Of a stretch of DNA of 43,663 bases, positions 28,218 through 37,491 are shown piece by piece. This stretch comes from an uncultured Candidatus Poseidoniales archaeon. Its GTDB lineage: Archaea > Thermoplasmatota > Poseidoniia > Poseidoniales > Thalassarchaeaceae. The translations under genes were made by a program, and so were the position numbers. Numbering within the stretch: the first letter of the stretch is position 1; each line of letters opens with the position of its first letter. The stretch is taken from assembly GCA_964645485.1 (NCBI GenBank), contig CAZXZO010000016.1:1-43663 (forward strand), in the 5' to 3' direction. The notes beneath the pieces were generated by a model. That model did not search any database. It had not been told where the DNA came from and worked only from the letters and a program-made list of their open reading frames with translations.

Positions 28218-28229
28218 AAATCACTCCTC

Positions 28230-29366
28230 TCAGTCTATTTTCTCCAACACCGTGGCGATGCCTTGCCCACCACCAATACACATTGTGACTAGTGCTCTGG
28301 TAGCACCATTTTTTTGTAATAATTGAGCGGCTTTACCAGTAATTCTCGCGCCGCTAGCGCCAAGTGGGTGGCCTAGAGCAATTGCCCCACCTTCTAGGTT
28401 CACTTTTTGAATATCAATTCCTAACTCTTCGATTACTGCTATTGATTGTGCCGCGAATGCTTCGTTTAATTCAACTATATCTATATCATCAAGTTCCAAA
28501 CCTGCACGCTTGAGAGATTTAAGGCTCGCCTCAACAGGTCCGATTCCCATTAAATCGGGATTACAACCAGAAACTGCAGAAGATACAATGCGAGCGAGTG
28601 GGGTTAATTCATTTCTCTTAGCGAATTCTTCACTACAAATTAACAAGAAGGCGACTCCATCAGTTAAAGGAGAAGATGTTCCTGCGGTAACTGTACCATT
28701 TTCGTCAAATGCTGGTCGAAGACTTGAGAGGGTATCAACATCAGTATCTGCACGAATACAACCATCAACCTCAACAAGCCCATCTTCAGTGGGGATGGCT
28801 ACAATTTCATTTGCTAACGACCCCGATGCTTGAGCACTCGCTGCCTTTTTGTGACTCTGAACTGCGAATTCTTCTTGACGCTCTCTTGAAATATTTCTCT
28901 GATCTGCAAGATTTTCAGCCGTTATACCCATTGATGTGAAAGCCTCGGGATATTCAGATACAAGTTTTGGATTTGGCATCGGATTAAATCCAGTCATTGG
29001 GATTCTAGTCATTGATTCAACCCCACCACAGATGAACGCCTCTCCGGCGCCCATCGCTATTCGACCTGTAGCATCGTGAATCGCTTGCATAGATGAACCA
29101 CAGAAGCGGTTGATAGTGACTCCACCAACTGTATTTGGCAAGCCAGAAAGAAATGTTATCATTCTCGCAAGATTGAATCCTTGCTCACCCTCTGGAAATG
29201 CACAGCCAACAATAACATCTTCAATCAAGTCCGAACTTATTCCAGCTCTTTCAATCAATTCTTTGACAACAATCGATGCGATGTCATCAGGTCTCATTCT
29301 AGCTAGTCCGCCTTTTCGCGCAGGCGTGAAGGGCGACCTTACATATCCTGCAATAACTGCTGCCAT
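28230..29366 (-). CDS. fadA: Acetyl-CoA C-acyltransferase (3-ketoacyl-CoA thiolase)
   Basis: NRFCGSS, NEAFAAQ, GAIALGHPLGASG, MCIGGGQG. Confidence 0.95.
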   Translation of the reverse strand: MAAVIAGYVRSPFTPARKGGLARMRPDDIASIVVKELIERAGISSDLIEDVIVGCAFPEGEQGFNLARMITFLSGLPNTVGGVTINRFCGSSMQAIHDATGRIAMGAGEAFICGGVESMTRIPMTGFNPMPNPKLVSEYPEAFTSMGITAENLADQRNISRERQEEFAVQSHKKAASAQASGSLANEIVAIPTEDGLVEVDGCIRADTDVDTLSSLRPAFDENGTVTAGTSSPLTDGVAFLLICSEEFAKRNELTPLARIVSSAVSGCNPDLMGIGPVEASLKSLKRAGLELDDIDIVELNEAFAAQSIAVIEELGIDIQKVNLEGGAIALGHPLGASGARITGKAAQLLQKNGATRALVTMCIGGGQGIATVLEKID

Positions 29367-29399
29367 GTATTATCATTACTTGGTGTAATAATTAAATCG

Positions 29400-29455
29400 T
29401 CTAGTTATTTCGAGTTCATCTAGTTATATCTCGCACATCAAGTGTGCGTGAACTC
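29400..29455. promoter_or_regulatory. Repeat and inverted-repeat cluster upstream of the fatty-acid operon
   Basis: Direct repeat TCTAGTTAT at 29400-29408 and 29419-29427; nested inverted repeats GAGTTCA/TGAACTC (29412-29418, 29449-29455) and CGCACA/TGTGCG (29432-29437, 29443-29448). Confidence 0.45.
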
Positions 29456-29482
29456 ACCAATGCAAATTTTCGTTAGTTTACA

Positions 29483-30712
29483 TCACATGTGAGATATGAT
29501 TGCATCACCAAACTCGCTACATTTGAGAAGGGTTGCATTATCCATTAGTCGCTCAAAATCATAGGTTACTGTCTTAACAGAAATCGCTCCTTCCATGCCC
29601 TTCACAATTAGGTCTGCAGCCTCATCCCAGCCCATGTATCTCAACATCATTTCTGCAGAGAGAATTAGAGATCCCGGATTCACTTTATCTTGGCCTGTGT
29701 ATTTTGGAGCAGTACCGTGTGTTGCCTCAAAAATTGCAATTCCTGTATCATAATTGATATTCGCTCCCGGTGCTATTCCGATTCCTCCAACTTGTGCAGC
29801 TAGTGCATCTGAAATGTAATCACCATTGAGATTCATTGTCGTCAAAACAGAGTACTCTTTTGGTCGAGTTAAGACTTGTTGTAGCATTGCATCTGCTATT
29901 ACATCCTTGATGATAATTTCTTTACCTGTGTTTGGGTTAACCATAGTACACCATGGCCCCCCGTCTAACAAAGTAGCACCAAACTCATCTTGAGCAATTT
30001 GGTAACCCCAATCCCGGAAACCACCTTCAGTGAATTTCATAATATTCCCTTTGTGAACTAGTGTAACGCTTGGTAAATCTTGCTCAATAGCATATTGGAT
30101 TGATGCTCTGACAATTCGCGCTGTCCCCTCTTTACTGATTGGTTTGATGCCAATCCCTGATGAATCAGGGAAACGAATTTTCGTGACCCCCATCTCATTC
30201 TGGAAAAAGTCAATCACCTTACGAACCTCATCACTACCTGCTTCCCATTCAATACCCGCGTAGACGTCTTCGCTATTTTCTCTGAAAATAATCATGTCAA
30301 CAGCACCTGGGTCCTTTACCGGACTTGGGGTGCCTTGGTACCACCTTACAGGGCGTACACAAGCAAAGAGGTCTAACTGCTGGCGCAGAGCAACGTTGAG
30401 ACTACGGATACCACCGCCAACAGGTGTTGTTAGTGGGCCCTTGATTGAAACAAGTCCTGCTCTCATAGCAGATTTGGTTTCTTCAGGAAGCCATTCACCT
30501 GTTGCATTGAATGCCTTTTCACCAGCCAGAACTTCTTTCCATTCAATTTCTCGCTGGCCGCCATAAGCCTTCGAAATTGAGGAATCAACGACTTTCCGCA
30601 TCACTGGAGTGATGTCAATACCAATTCCATCACCTTCGATGAAATTGATTACTGGGTTATCGGGTACAATCAATTTGCCACTTTCCATTGTGATTGGGCT
30701 GCCAGATGTCAT
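29483..30712 (-). CDS. icd: Isocitrate dehydrogenase, NADP-dependent, E. coli-like
   Basis: [64 protein letters not shown]. Confidence 0.97.
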   Translation of the reverse strand: MTSGSPITMESGKLIVPDNPVINFIEGDGIGIDITPVMRKVVDSSISKAYGGQREIEWKEVLAGEKAFNATGEWLPEETKSAMRAGLVSIKGPLTTPVGGGIRSLNVALRQQLDLFACVRPVRWYQGTPSPVKDPGAVDMIIFRENSEDVYAGIEWEAGSDEVRKVIDFFQNEMGVTKIRFPDSSGIGIKPISKEGTARIVRASIQYAIEQDLPSVTLVHKGNIMKFTEGGFRDWGYQIAQDEFGATLLDGGPWCTMVNPNTGKEIIIKDVIADAMLQQVLTRPKEYSVLTTMNLNGDYISDALAAQVGGIGIAPGANINYDTGIAIFEATHGTAPKYTGQDKVNPGSLILSAEMMLRYMGWDEAADLIVKGMEGAISVKTVTYDFERLMDNATLLKCSEFGDAIISHM

Positions 30713-30806
30713 TATTTCGGCCGACCGGCCCCCCCTTCATCAATGCAATGGATAGGAGGGAGATTCTATCGCAAACATATTCTCTAAGACTCTCTTCGGT
30801 AAAAAC

Positions 30807-31193
30807 ATGGATTCGTTGGTAGAATGGAATGGCGGAAAGAGTATGACTTGTACCGATAAACAAGGGATGACTATGGATTTGGCGTGGGGTGGAGAAGGTG
30901 TTTCTCCTGTTACTGCAACTCTACACTCTTGTGGCGCTTGTAGTCTAATTGATGTGATTGTGGGTTTGAAAAGCCGAGAAGTGGAAAGTGCTTCGGTTAG
31001 TCTAGACTTAGAACGTTCAGATACAAATCCCAAAGTATTCACTAAAATTCACATGGTATACCGCGTTAGCGGAGTTGACTTACCCGAAAAATTGGTCAAT
31101 CGCTTGGTACAACAAAGTCATGAAAAGTATTGTACGATATCTAATATGATAAAGCACACCGCTGAGATAACTTGGGAAGCAATAGTTGAGTGA
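30807..31193 (+). CDS. OsmC/Ohr family protein
   Basis: SPVTATLHSCGACS...FTKIHMVY...SHEKYCTIS with the two conserved Cys. Confidence 0.88.
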   Translation: MDSLVEWNGGKSMTCTDKQGMTMDLAWGGEGVSPVTATLHSCGACSLIDVIVGLKSREVESASVSLDLERSDTNPKVFTKIHMVYRVSGVDLPEKLVNRLVQQSHEKYCTISNMIKHTAEITWEAIVE

Positions 31194-31670
31194 TTACTCG
31201 TCTTGGTCTATCAGACCGATTGTTTTTGCAACTGGAACAAGTAGCGCTGGAACTCTAGCAATTTCTCCTGCCTCTTCTCCTTCAAGCCACACACCCTCTG
31301 CATATGGTAGGCCTAATCCTAGTTGACTCATCCACGAATGGCTAGCAAGCCATCTCTCTTTTGACAGACCTGCTAACATAGCGGCTTTACCCATTGCTTT
31401 GGAAACATCATAACTTGCCGGGTCATCTAAGAAAGTAAGAGTACCCACCCATGCGGCCAATGCTTGGTCTCCACAACCAAAACCTGCTCTGGTTAGATCG
31501 TAGACCACATTTTCTTCAAATTGTGATTCGATTTCTGCTCGGTCTGAATTTGATAACCCAATCATATTCTGCATGGCATCAAGAAGTCTGATGCTGTGGA
31601 GAGATAGTGCCCCGTCACTGCACCATGCTAATTCTAATGCATGCCAAAATGGTGTGTTTTCTGAATTCAT
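31194..31670 (-). CDS. Hypothetical protein with an N-terminal TerB-like motif
   Basis: LELAWCSDGALS...LL...IGLSNSDRAEIE; start overlaps the upstream stop. Confidence 0.65.
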   Translation of the reverse strand: MNSENTPFWHALELAWCSDGALSLHSIRLLDAMQNMIGLSNSDRAEIESQFEENVVYDLTRAGFGCGDQALAAWVGTLTFLDDPASYDVSKAMGKAAMLAGLSKERWLASHSWMSQLGLGLPYAEGVWLEGEEAGEIARVPALLVPVAKTIGLIDQDE

Positions 31671-32431
31671 GATGAACGCTCCAACATGCTTTGGAGCATC
31701 TCTAAGTGTTGCTCAAAAGAGATTCCTAATTCATCGCGCTTACGGGCTAACAACTTTGCTTCAGCGGGGTCAAGGATTCCGTCTATCCAACATGTTGACA
31801 TCAACATTTCATAAGCAACATTGGGTGTTGTTGCCGGTACTTCTTCCTCTGGTGGCTCTTCAACTTCAACTTCTTCAGCGACGGGTTGTTCCTCTATCTC
31901 AGGCTCGGTAACCTCTTCTTCAATAACCTCACCATCCAAATTAAGGGTTGATTCTGAAGCAAGAAATCCATCTCCATCTACAAGGTCTTCTTCCTCTTCA
32001 TCGTCATCATCCATGAACGCTGATAATGGATCAGAAGTTGAGACATTGTTAGCACCGAATGAACCACCCATACCACCACTAGCAACACCTAGTTCGGCAA
32101 ATGGGTCAATTTCTCCGTCGTCATCTTCACCCACTAATGTGTTCAGGGCATCTGATAATTGGCCAGTTGAAGGAAGGGTGTCATTTTCCATTGCTTCGCG
32201 TACGCGCTCGCGTGAGCGGTGCAATACAGCCTCTCTACGGCCACCCCAATTACCTCCATCTCGATGATTTTCAATGTGTGACATTGCCGCTTCATGGTCT
32301 TCAGCATCACATTCGAGCGTTTCTTGAACTTGTGAAATCAAGCCCTCATCTTTTCCATCTTCGGACTCAACGCTGAGGATCATTGCAGCATGGAGTATTT
32401 GTTCTGGTGCAAGCATTTCAATCAACCACAT
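31667..32431 (-). CDS. Hypothetical acidic protein with a C-terminal TerB-like motif and long D/E-rich linker
   Basis: YEMLMSTCWIDGILDPAEAKLLARKRDELGISFEQH; central DDDDEEEED/EEPPEEE low-complexity linker. Confidence 0.7.
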   Translation of the reverse strand: MWLIEMLAPEQILHAAMILSVESEDGKDEGLISQVQETLECDAEDHEAAMSHIENHRDGGNWGGRREAVLHRSRERVREAMENDTLPSTGQLSDALNTLVGEDDDGEIDPFAELGVASGGMGGSFGANNVSTSDPLSAFMDDDDEEEEDLVDGDGFLASESTLNLDGEVIEEEVTEPEIEEQPVAEEVEVEEPPEEEVPATTPNVAYEMLMSTCWIDGILDPAEAKLLARKRDELGISFEQHLEMLQSMLERSS

Positions 32432-32791
32432 CTACCAGCCGGTTACCGACTAATAGCAACTGCTAGGACACATCCTTCAAATGCGTTCCCGTTCATCGTC
32501 CACCCCCTTATTCTCTTAATTTTTTTATTTTAAGTGGAAATTTACATGGATTTTATTCATCAAATTGAGAAAAAACATTGTAGGATGTTCAGGTGATTCC
32601 GCATGCGTTGATGAAAATGTTCAGTTCTGGAAGTCAATAAAATTCACCTTCAACTATACTCTCCATCCCCTCATATTTGCTAACTATTAAGAACCCTCTC
32701 GTGGGGCAAAAGAATCCCGCTCGCACAATGTTGGACACTTACCAAGTCACTGCATGTTTGAGAAAGGGATATTTGGACCGGAGGACAAGAT

Positions 32792-35700
32792 ATGCAAACA
32801 CCAGCGAGGGAATCTGTAAACGCCGGCGACACGGAAAGTGGATTAATTATTGAGCGAAGGTTCACCTCACCGAACAAACCCGTTCAAGAACTATTTGAAT
32901 GGTCTGAGACAGATATTGATTTGAAAGATGCGAAAGGTAATACTGTTCGTAAAATTGAAAATATTGAATTTCCAAAGGGGTTTGATGGAGTCCCTGGCAA
33001 GGTTGCCGCTGACAAGTATCTGCGCAAGGTCGTCCCTGGAATGGACTATCTAGTAAAAATCCCTGAAGATGGCGTCCCTGAATGGCTTTGGCGCTCAAAG
33101 CCCGATGAGAAAAAGAAAGCGAAGGCAAAGAATTGGAGTGGAAAGGAAACTTCAGGATGGCAACTTTTCCATCGATTAGCAGGGTGCTGGACATATTGGG
33201 GATGGAAGCACGGATACTTTGCGAGCGAAACCGATGCGCGTGCTTACTATGATGAAATGTGCTACCTTTTGGCAAGTCAACGCTCGGCCCCTAATAGCCC
33301 ACAATGGTTCAATACAGGATTACACTGGGCATATGGAATAGAGGGCCCACCTCAAGGACATTGGTATGTTGACCCAGAAACCGCAGAGGATTGTAAATCG
33401 ATAAACGCGTACGAAAGACCCCAACCCCATGCATGTTTCATTCAGAGTATTCAAGACCGATTAGTAGGTGAAGGCGGGATTACAGATTTGGTAGCCCGTG
33501 AAGCATTATTATTCAAATTCGGTTCTGGCACAGGTAGCAACTTTAGCAACATTAGGGGAGATGGTGAACCACTTTCTGGTGGTGGTCAATCTAGTGGCCT
33601 ACTTTCATTCTTGATGATTTTAGATAAGGCGGCTGGAGCAATTAAGTCAGGCGGAACTACTCGCCGTGCAGCAAAAATGGTCACCTTAGATCTTGACCAC
33701 CCAGATATTCAACAATACGTCAACTGGAAAATGAAGGAAGAAGAGAAAGTTTCAGCCTTGATTGCTGGTGCGGCGGCTCTCCAGAAAAATGCAAACAACA
33801 TAATGGATGCAATCAATAATTTTGATGGCGATGCTGGTATGAGCACTGAAATCACAGAAAATATTGAGTTAGCAAAGGCGGTAAAGAAAGCAGTTAATGC
33901 AAGCATTGCTCAACCTCACATCAAGCGCATTATTGACCTCGCAAAACAAGGCCACACTTCGATGAGGTTCGAGCAGTTCGATGCAGATTGGCAAGGCCAA
34001 GGATACCTCACGGTTTCAGGGCAAAACAGTAACAATTCAGTACGCGTGCCTAACCAATTTATGGAAGCAGTTGAAACCGGAAAAGATTGGAATCTTTATT
34101 GGCGAACTGAAAAGAATGCTGCTGAAGAAGAAGCGCGTGAAGCTGTACCTTGTAAGACAATGCCCGCTCAAGAGCTGTGGGACGATGTATCTCACGCAGC
34201 ATGGTCGTGTGCGGACCCTGGTGTTCAATTTGATACGACAATAAACGATTGGCACACCTGTCCAGAAAGTGGTAGAATCAATGGTTCTAATCCATGCAGT
34301 GAATACATGTTTTTGGATAACACGGCGTGTAATTTAGCTAGCATCAACCTGCTCCACTTCTACGACAAAGAAAGAGGGGTATTCAACATTGATGATTATG
34401 TTCACACTATTCGACTTTGGACTGCTACACTCGAAATATCTGTACTAATGGCACAATTTCCATCTCAACAAATATCTCGGCTCTCCTATGACACACGAAC
34501 TCTAGGGCTTGGGTACTGTAACATTGGCTCGCTCTTGATGCACATGGGAATCCCCTATGATGACCCGCGTGGGTATGCAATCTGTGGTGCACTTACATCA
34601 ATCATGACTGGTGAAACATACAAAACTTCAGCCGAGATGTCATCTTTCCTCGGCCCATTCAATCTCTACGAAAAAAATCGCGACCCTATGCTCAGAGTGA
34701 TGCGTAATCACCGCCGCGCTGCCTACGATGTTGCACCTGAAGAATATGAAAATCTATCAGTTAACCCTATGGGAATTGATGCAAAACAATGTCCTAACGA
34801 TTTGTTGGATGCTGCTAGATCAGCCTGGGATCAAGCGGTAATGATGGGTGAAGAACATGGTTACAGAAACGCCCAGACTACTGTGATTGCACCAACCGGG
34901 ACAATTGGATTAGTAATGGGCGCAGACACTACTGGTGTTGAGCCAATGTTTTCAATTGTCCAATACAAAACGCTTGCAGGTGGTGGAACACTCAGAATCC
35001 CAGCAACTGGGTTACAGTCTGGTCTTTCCAACTTAGGTTATAAAAAGCGAGAAATTGATGATATCATCAACTATGTTATGGGAACTGGTACATTCTCTGG
35101 ATGTGCCACCATCAACACCGCTTCTTTAGTTGAGAAAGGTTTCACAGAAGAAGAATTCGCAAAAATGGATGACTCTTTCAAAGATGTGTTTGATGTACGA
35201 AGTTTAGCTTCACCAAATGTATTGGGTGAAGATTTCTGTAAAGAATCACTTGGACTAACAGAAGAACAGTTGGCTGACCCATTTGTAGACGTTCTTAGCC
35301 TGCTTGGATATTCTAATGCAGATATCTCGGCAGCAAATGATTACCTATTTGGAAAGGCGACTATCGAAGGTGCACCATATCTCAAAGATGAGCATTTACC
35401 AGTATTTGACTGTGCTCAACCCTGTGGTGCTTATGGAGAACGATCTATTCGCTGGGAAGCCCATGTTGACATGATGGCTGCTGCTCAACCATTCATTTCG
35501 GGAGCAATTTCAAAGACAATCAATATGCCACCAGATGTTACTATTGATGATGTCCAAGAAGCCTACATGCGTAGTTGGAAAACAGGTAACAAAGCGTGTG
35601 CACTTTACCGAGATGGAAGTAAGTTGTCTCAACCTTTGATGTCATCTTTGATACCACCTTCAATGGGAATTGAAGAAGAAGATGAGGAAGAAGAGGAAGT

Positions 35701-36415
35701 TTCTGTTGTCATCAAGAAGGTGGCAGAGAGGCTACCTATGCCAGCACCACAGGCCCAGATGGTAGCGGAATCTATTACCCAAGGATATGTTGCAACTCGC
35801 CGACCACTACCTGATAGTCGTGGTTCATACACTATGAAAGCAAGAGTTGGCGGACATACAGTCTACTTGACATCAAGCACATATGAAGATGGGAAAGTTG
35901 GTGAAATCATGATTACTACTTCTAAGGAAGGAGCCGCCTGGCGCTCAATGCTCAATCAATTTGCAATCGCTGTTTCAATAGGATTACAATATGGTGTCCC
36001 ACTCGACGCTTTTGTCAAGTCATTTACCTTCCAAAAATTCGAACCTAGTGGAATGGTTCAAGGTGGAAGTAACCGAGTCAAGATGGCCACAAGCATAGTT
36101 GACTATCTATTCCGTGAATTGGGAATACAATATCTTGGACGAGATGATTTGGCACAAGTATCTGAGGAAGATTTGGATGCAATGTCGATTAGTAGACCTG
36201 AATCCACTCCTGATGGAATTGTCAGACATGAAGGTGAGAAGCGAGATATCCAACTTACCCTAGACGTTGAATCAGAAGAACAAATGAAGATGAGGATTGC
36301 CAAAGAACGAGGATTCACTGGTGATATTTGTGCTACTTGTGGTGGCAGTAGAATGCAACGCAGTGGAACTTGTCTCAAGTGTGCTGAGTGTGGCTCAACT
36401 ACTGGATGTTCATGA
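32792..36415 (+). CDS. nrdJ: Vitamin B12-dependent (class II) ribonucleotide reductase with C-terminal TSCPD-like and Cys-rich tail
   Basis: PNSPQWFNTG, HACFI, SNPCSEY (thiyl Cys), ACNLAS, IAPTGTI, C-terminal CATCG...GTCLKCAECGSTTGCS; SD GGAGG. Confidence 0.96.
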   Translation: MQTPARESVNAGDTESGLIIERRFTSPNKPVQELFEWSETDIDLKDAKGNTVRKIENIEFPKGFDGVPGKVAADKYLRKVVPGMDYLVKIPEDGVPEWLWRSKPDEKKKAKAKNWSGKETSGWQLFHRLAGCWTYWGWKHGYFASETDARAYYDEMCYLLASQRSAPNSPQWFNTGLHWAYGIEGPPQGHWYVDPETAEDCKSINAYERPQPHACFIQSIQDRLVGEGGITDLVAREALLFKFGSGTGSNFSNIRGDGEPLSGGGQSSGLLSFLMILDKAAGAIKSGGTTRRAAKMVTLDLDHPDIQQYVNWKMKEEEKVSALIAGAAALQKNANNIMDAINNFDGDAGMSTEITENIELAKAVKKAVNASIAQPHIKRIIDLAKQGHTSMRFEQFDADWQGQGYLTVSGQNSNNSVRVPNQFMEAVETGKDWNLYWRTEKNAAEEEAREAVPCKTMPAQELWDDVSHAAWSCADPGVQFDTTINDWHTCPESGRINGSNPCSEYMFLDNTACNLASINLLHFYDKERGVFNIDDYVHTIRLWTATLEISVLMAQFPSQQISRLSYDTRTLGLGYCNIGSLLMHMGIPYDDPRGYAICGALTSIMTGETYKTSAEMSSFLGPFNLYEKNRDPMLRVMRNHRRAAYDVAPEEYENLSVNPMGIDAKQCPNDLLDAARSAWDQAVMMGEEHGYRNAQTTVIAPTGTIGLVMGADTTGVEPMFSIVQYKTLAGGGTLRIPATGLQSGLSNLGYKKREIDDIINYVMGTGTFSGCATINTASLVEKGFTEEEFAKMDDSFKDVFDVRSLASPNVLGEDFCKESLGLTEEQLADPFVDVLSLLGYSNADISAANDYLFGKATIEGAPYLKDEHLPVFDCAQPCGAYGERSIRWEAHVDMMAAAQPFISGAISKTINMPPDVTIDDVQEAYMRSWKTGNKACALYRDGSKLSQPLMSSLIPPSMGIEEEDEEEEEVSVVIKKVAERLPMPAPQAQMVAESITQGYVATRRPLPDSRGSYTMKARVGGHTVYLTSSTYEDGKVGEIMITTSKEGAAWRSMLNQFAIAVSIGLQYGVPLDAFVKSFTFQKFEPSGMVQGGSNRVKMATSIVDYLFRELGIQYLGRDDLAQVSEEDLDAMSISRPESTPDGIVRHEGEKRDIQLTLDVESEEQMKMRIAKERGFTGDICATCGGSRMQRSGTCLKCAECGSTTGCS

Positions 36416-36434
36416 AGAACATAGTGTGCTTTTA

Positions 36435-37151
36435 TTATTCGAGAACTTGAGGCACAAGGACTCTTGCCGGGTGACAATTTATCCAACGTAGTGTTAATTC
36501 ACGAAGTTGGTTCGATTTGAATGAATGCTGACGATGAAGACCATGGCCTGTTGCCTTGTTGAAAATTCCATCATCAAGGCCTGCACTTATTGCCATTCTA
36601 GTGATTGCAATTTTTGCCGCTCGGACAACATTTGCAGCGTATCGCCGACTTGCTTCATCTTCAAATTTAATTCCTAAGTTGCGTGCTAAATCCCCTTGAG
36701 TAACACCATCTTCTTCTTGAGCAATCATTCCTATTATGATAAATTGGTCTCGCACATGTCGGTCCCACCTGCGGAAATCTCCGGAATGTTCATCAGAGCC
36801 TGCTGCAAACTTTTCTGAAAGAGTTTCAAGCCAGGATTTGTTGGTTCCTTTGAATCGATTAATGTTGAAACTGTTGCATACTGTAATATCAAATTTAGAG
36901 TTTGATTGAAATTCAAGAAGTCCTTCAAATCGTTCACTCTTCCATTCATCAAGAAGCCAGTATTCTAACCTTCGACTTGCTTTTGGATCATGGCCTGTGG
37001 CTCTATTCACACCTTGACGAAGTAAATCAGGTGCGACCTGTCGAAATGAGTCGGGGTCCTCCTTTGCCCATGTAGAGAATGCTTCTGTGAGCCTTTGGAT
37101 TCTCTTTTTTTCGAGTGAATCCTGTTTTGATATTTGCTCGCTATTAGTCAT
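36435..37151 (-). CDS. Hypothetical protein, possible C-terminal winged helix-turn-helix
   Basis: 238-aa ORF, SD GGTGA; GVTQGDLARNLG...AANVVRAAKIAITRMA resembles an HTH. Confidence 0.65.
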   Translation of the reverse strand: MTNSEQISKQDSLEKKRIQRLTEAFSTWAKEDPDSFRQVAPDLLRQGVNRATGHDPKASRRLEYWLLDEWKSERFEGLLEFQSNSKFDITVCNSFNINRFKGTNKSWLETLSEKFAAGSDEHSGDFRRWDRHVRDQFIIIGMIAQEEDGVTQGDLARNLGIKFEDEASRRYAANVVRAAKIAITRMAISAGLDDGIFNKATGHGLHRQHSFKSNQLRELTLRWINCHPARVLVPQVLE

Positions 37152-37248
37152 GCAATCACCATTAAGGGTGTATTATGATATTACCCGGCACTATTTGAAA
37201 GATATTGTATAATGTACATGAATACTTCATGTTAGTTTGAATTCTGTA

Positions 37249-37491
37249 TTAAGCCATTTCTTTGCGCCATTTCCATAAAATCTCTATTTCTGACTCAATA
37301 TCAAAAGATTCGCCGACAGTTCCTGCCCGCTCAAGTCTAGATTTGATAACTTCGATAAATTCATCATCGACTGGTTCACCGACTATCCGTTCTGCAAATT
37401 GGGCAATGCTGATGCCCGCTCCTGTAGCAATTGCATGCTCGACTCGTCGCTTCTCTTCATCATCCTCTGGAGGTCTCACAAAACGACTCAT
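37249..37491 (-). CDS. Small acidic hypothetical protein (80 aa), third gene of the E1-JAB operon
   Basis: ATG 37491 overlaps the JAB stop (ATGA) with SD GGAGGTGA; MSRFVRPPEDDEE...LWKWRKEMA. Confidence 0.78.
   Translation of the reverse strand: MSRFVRPPEDDEEKRRVEHAIATGAGISIAQFAERIVGEPVDDEFIEVIKSRLERAGTVGESFDIESEIEILWKWRKEMA

Noticed and set aside
32792-36415. Intein or intron in nrdJ, suggested by its length
   Set aside because: No intein splice motifs (C/S start, HN-C/S/T end) or LAGLIDADG seen; the length fits the long class II RNR form with its C-terminal domain.
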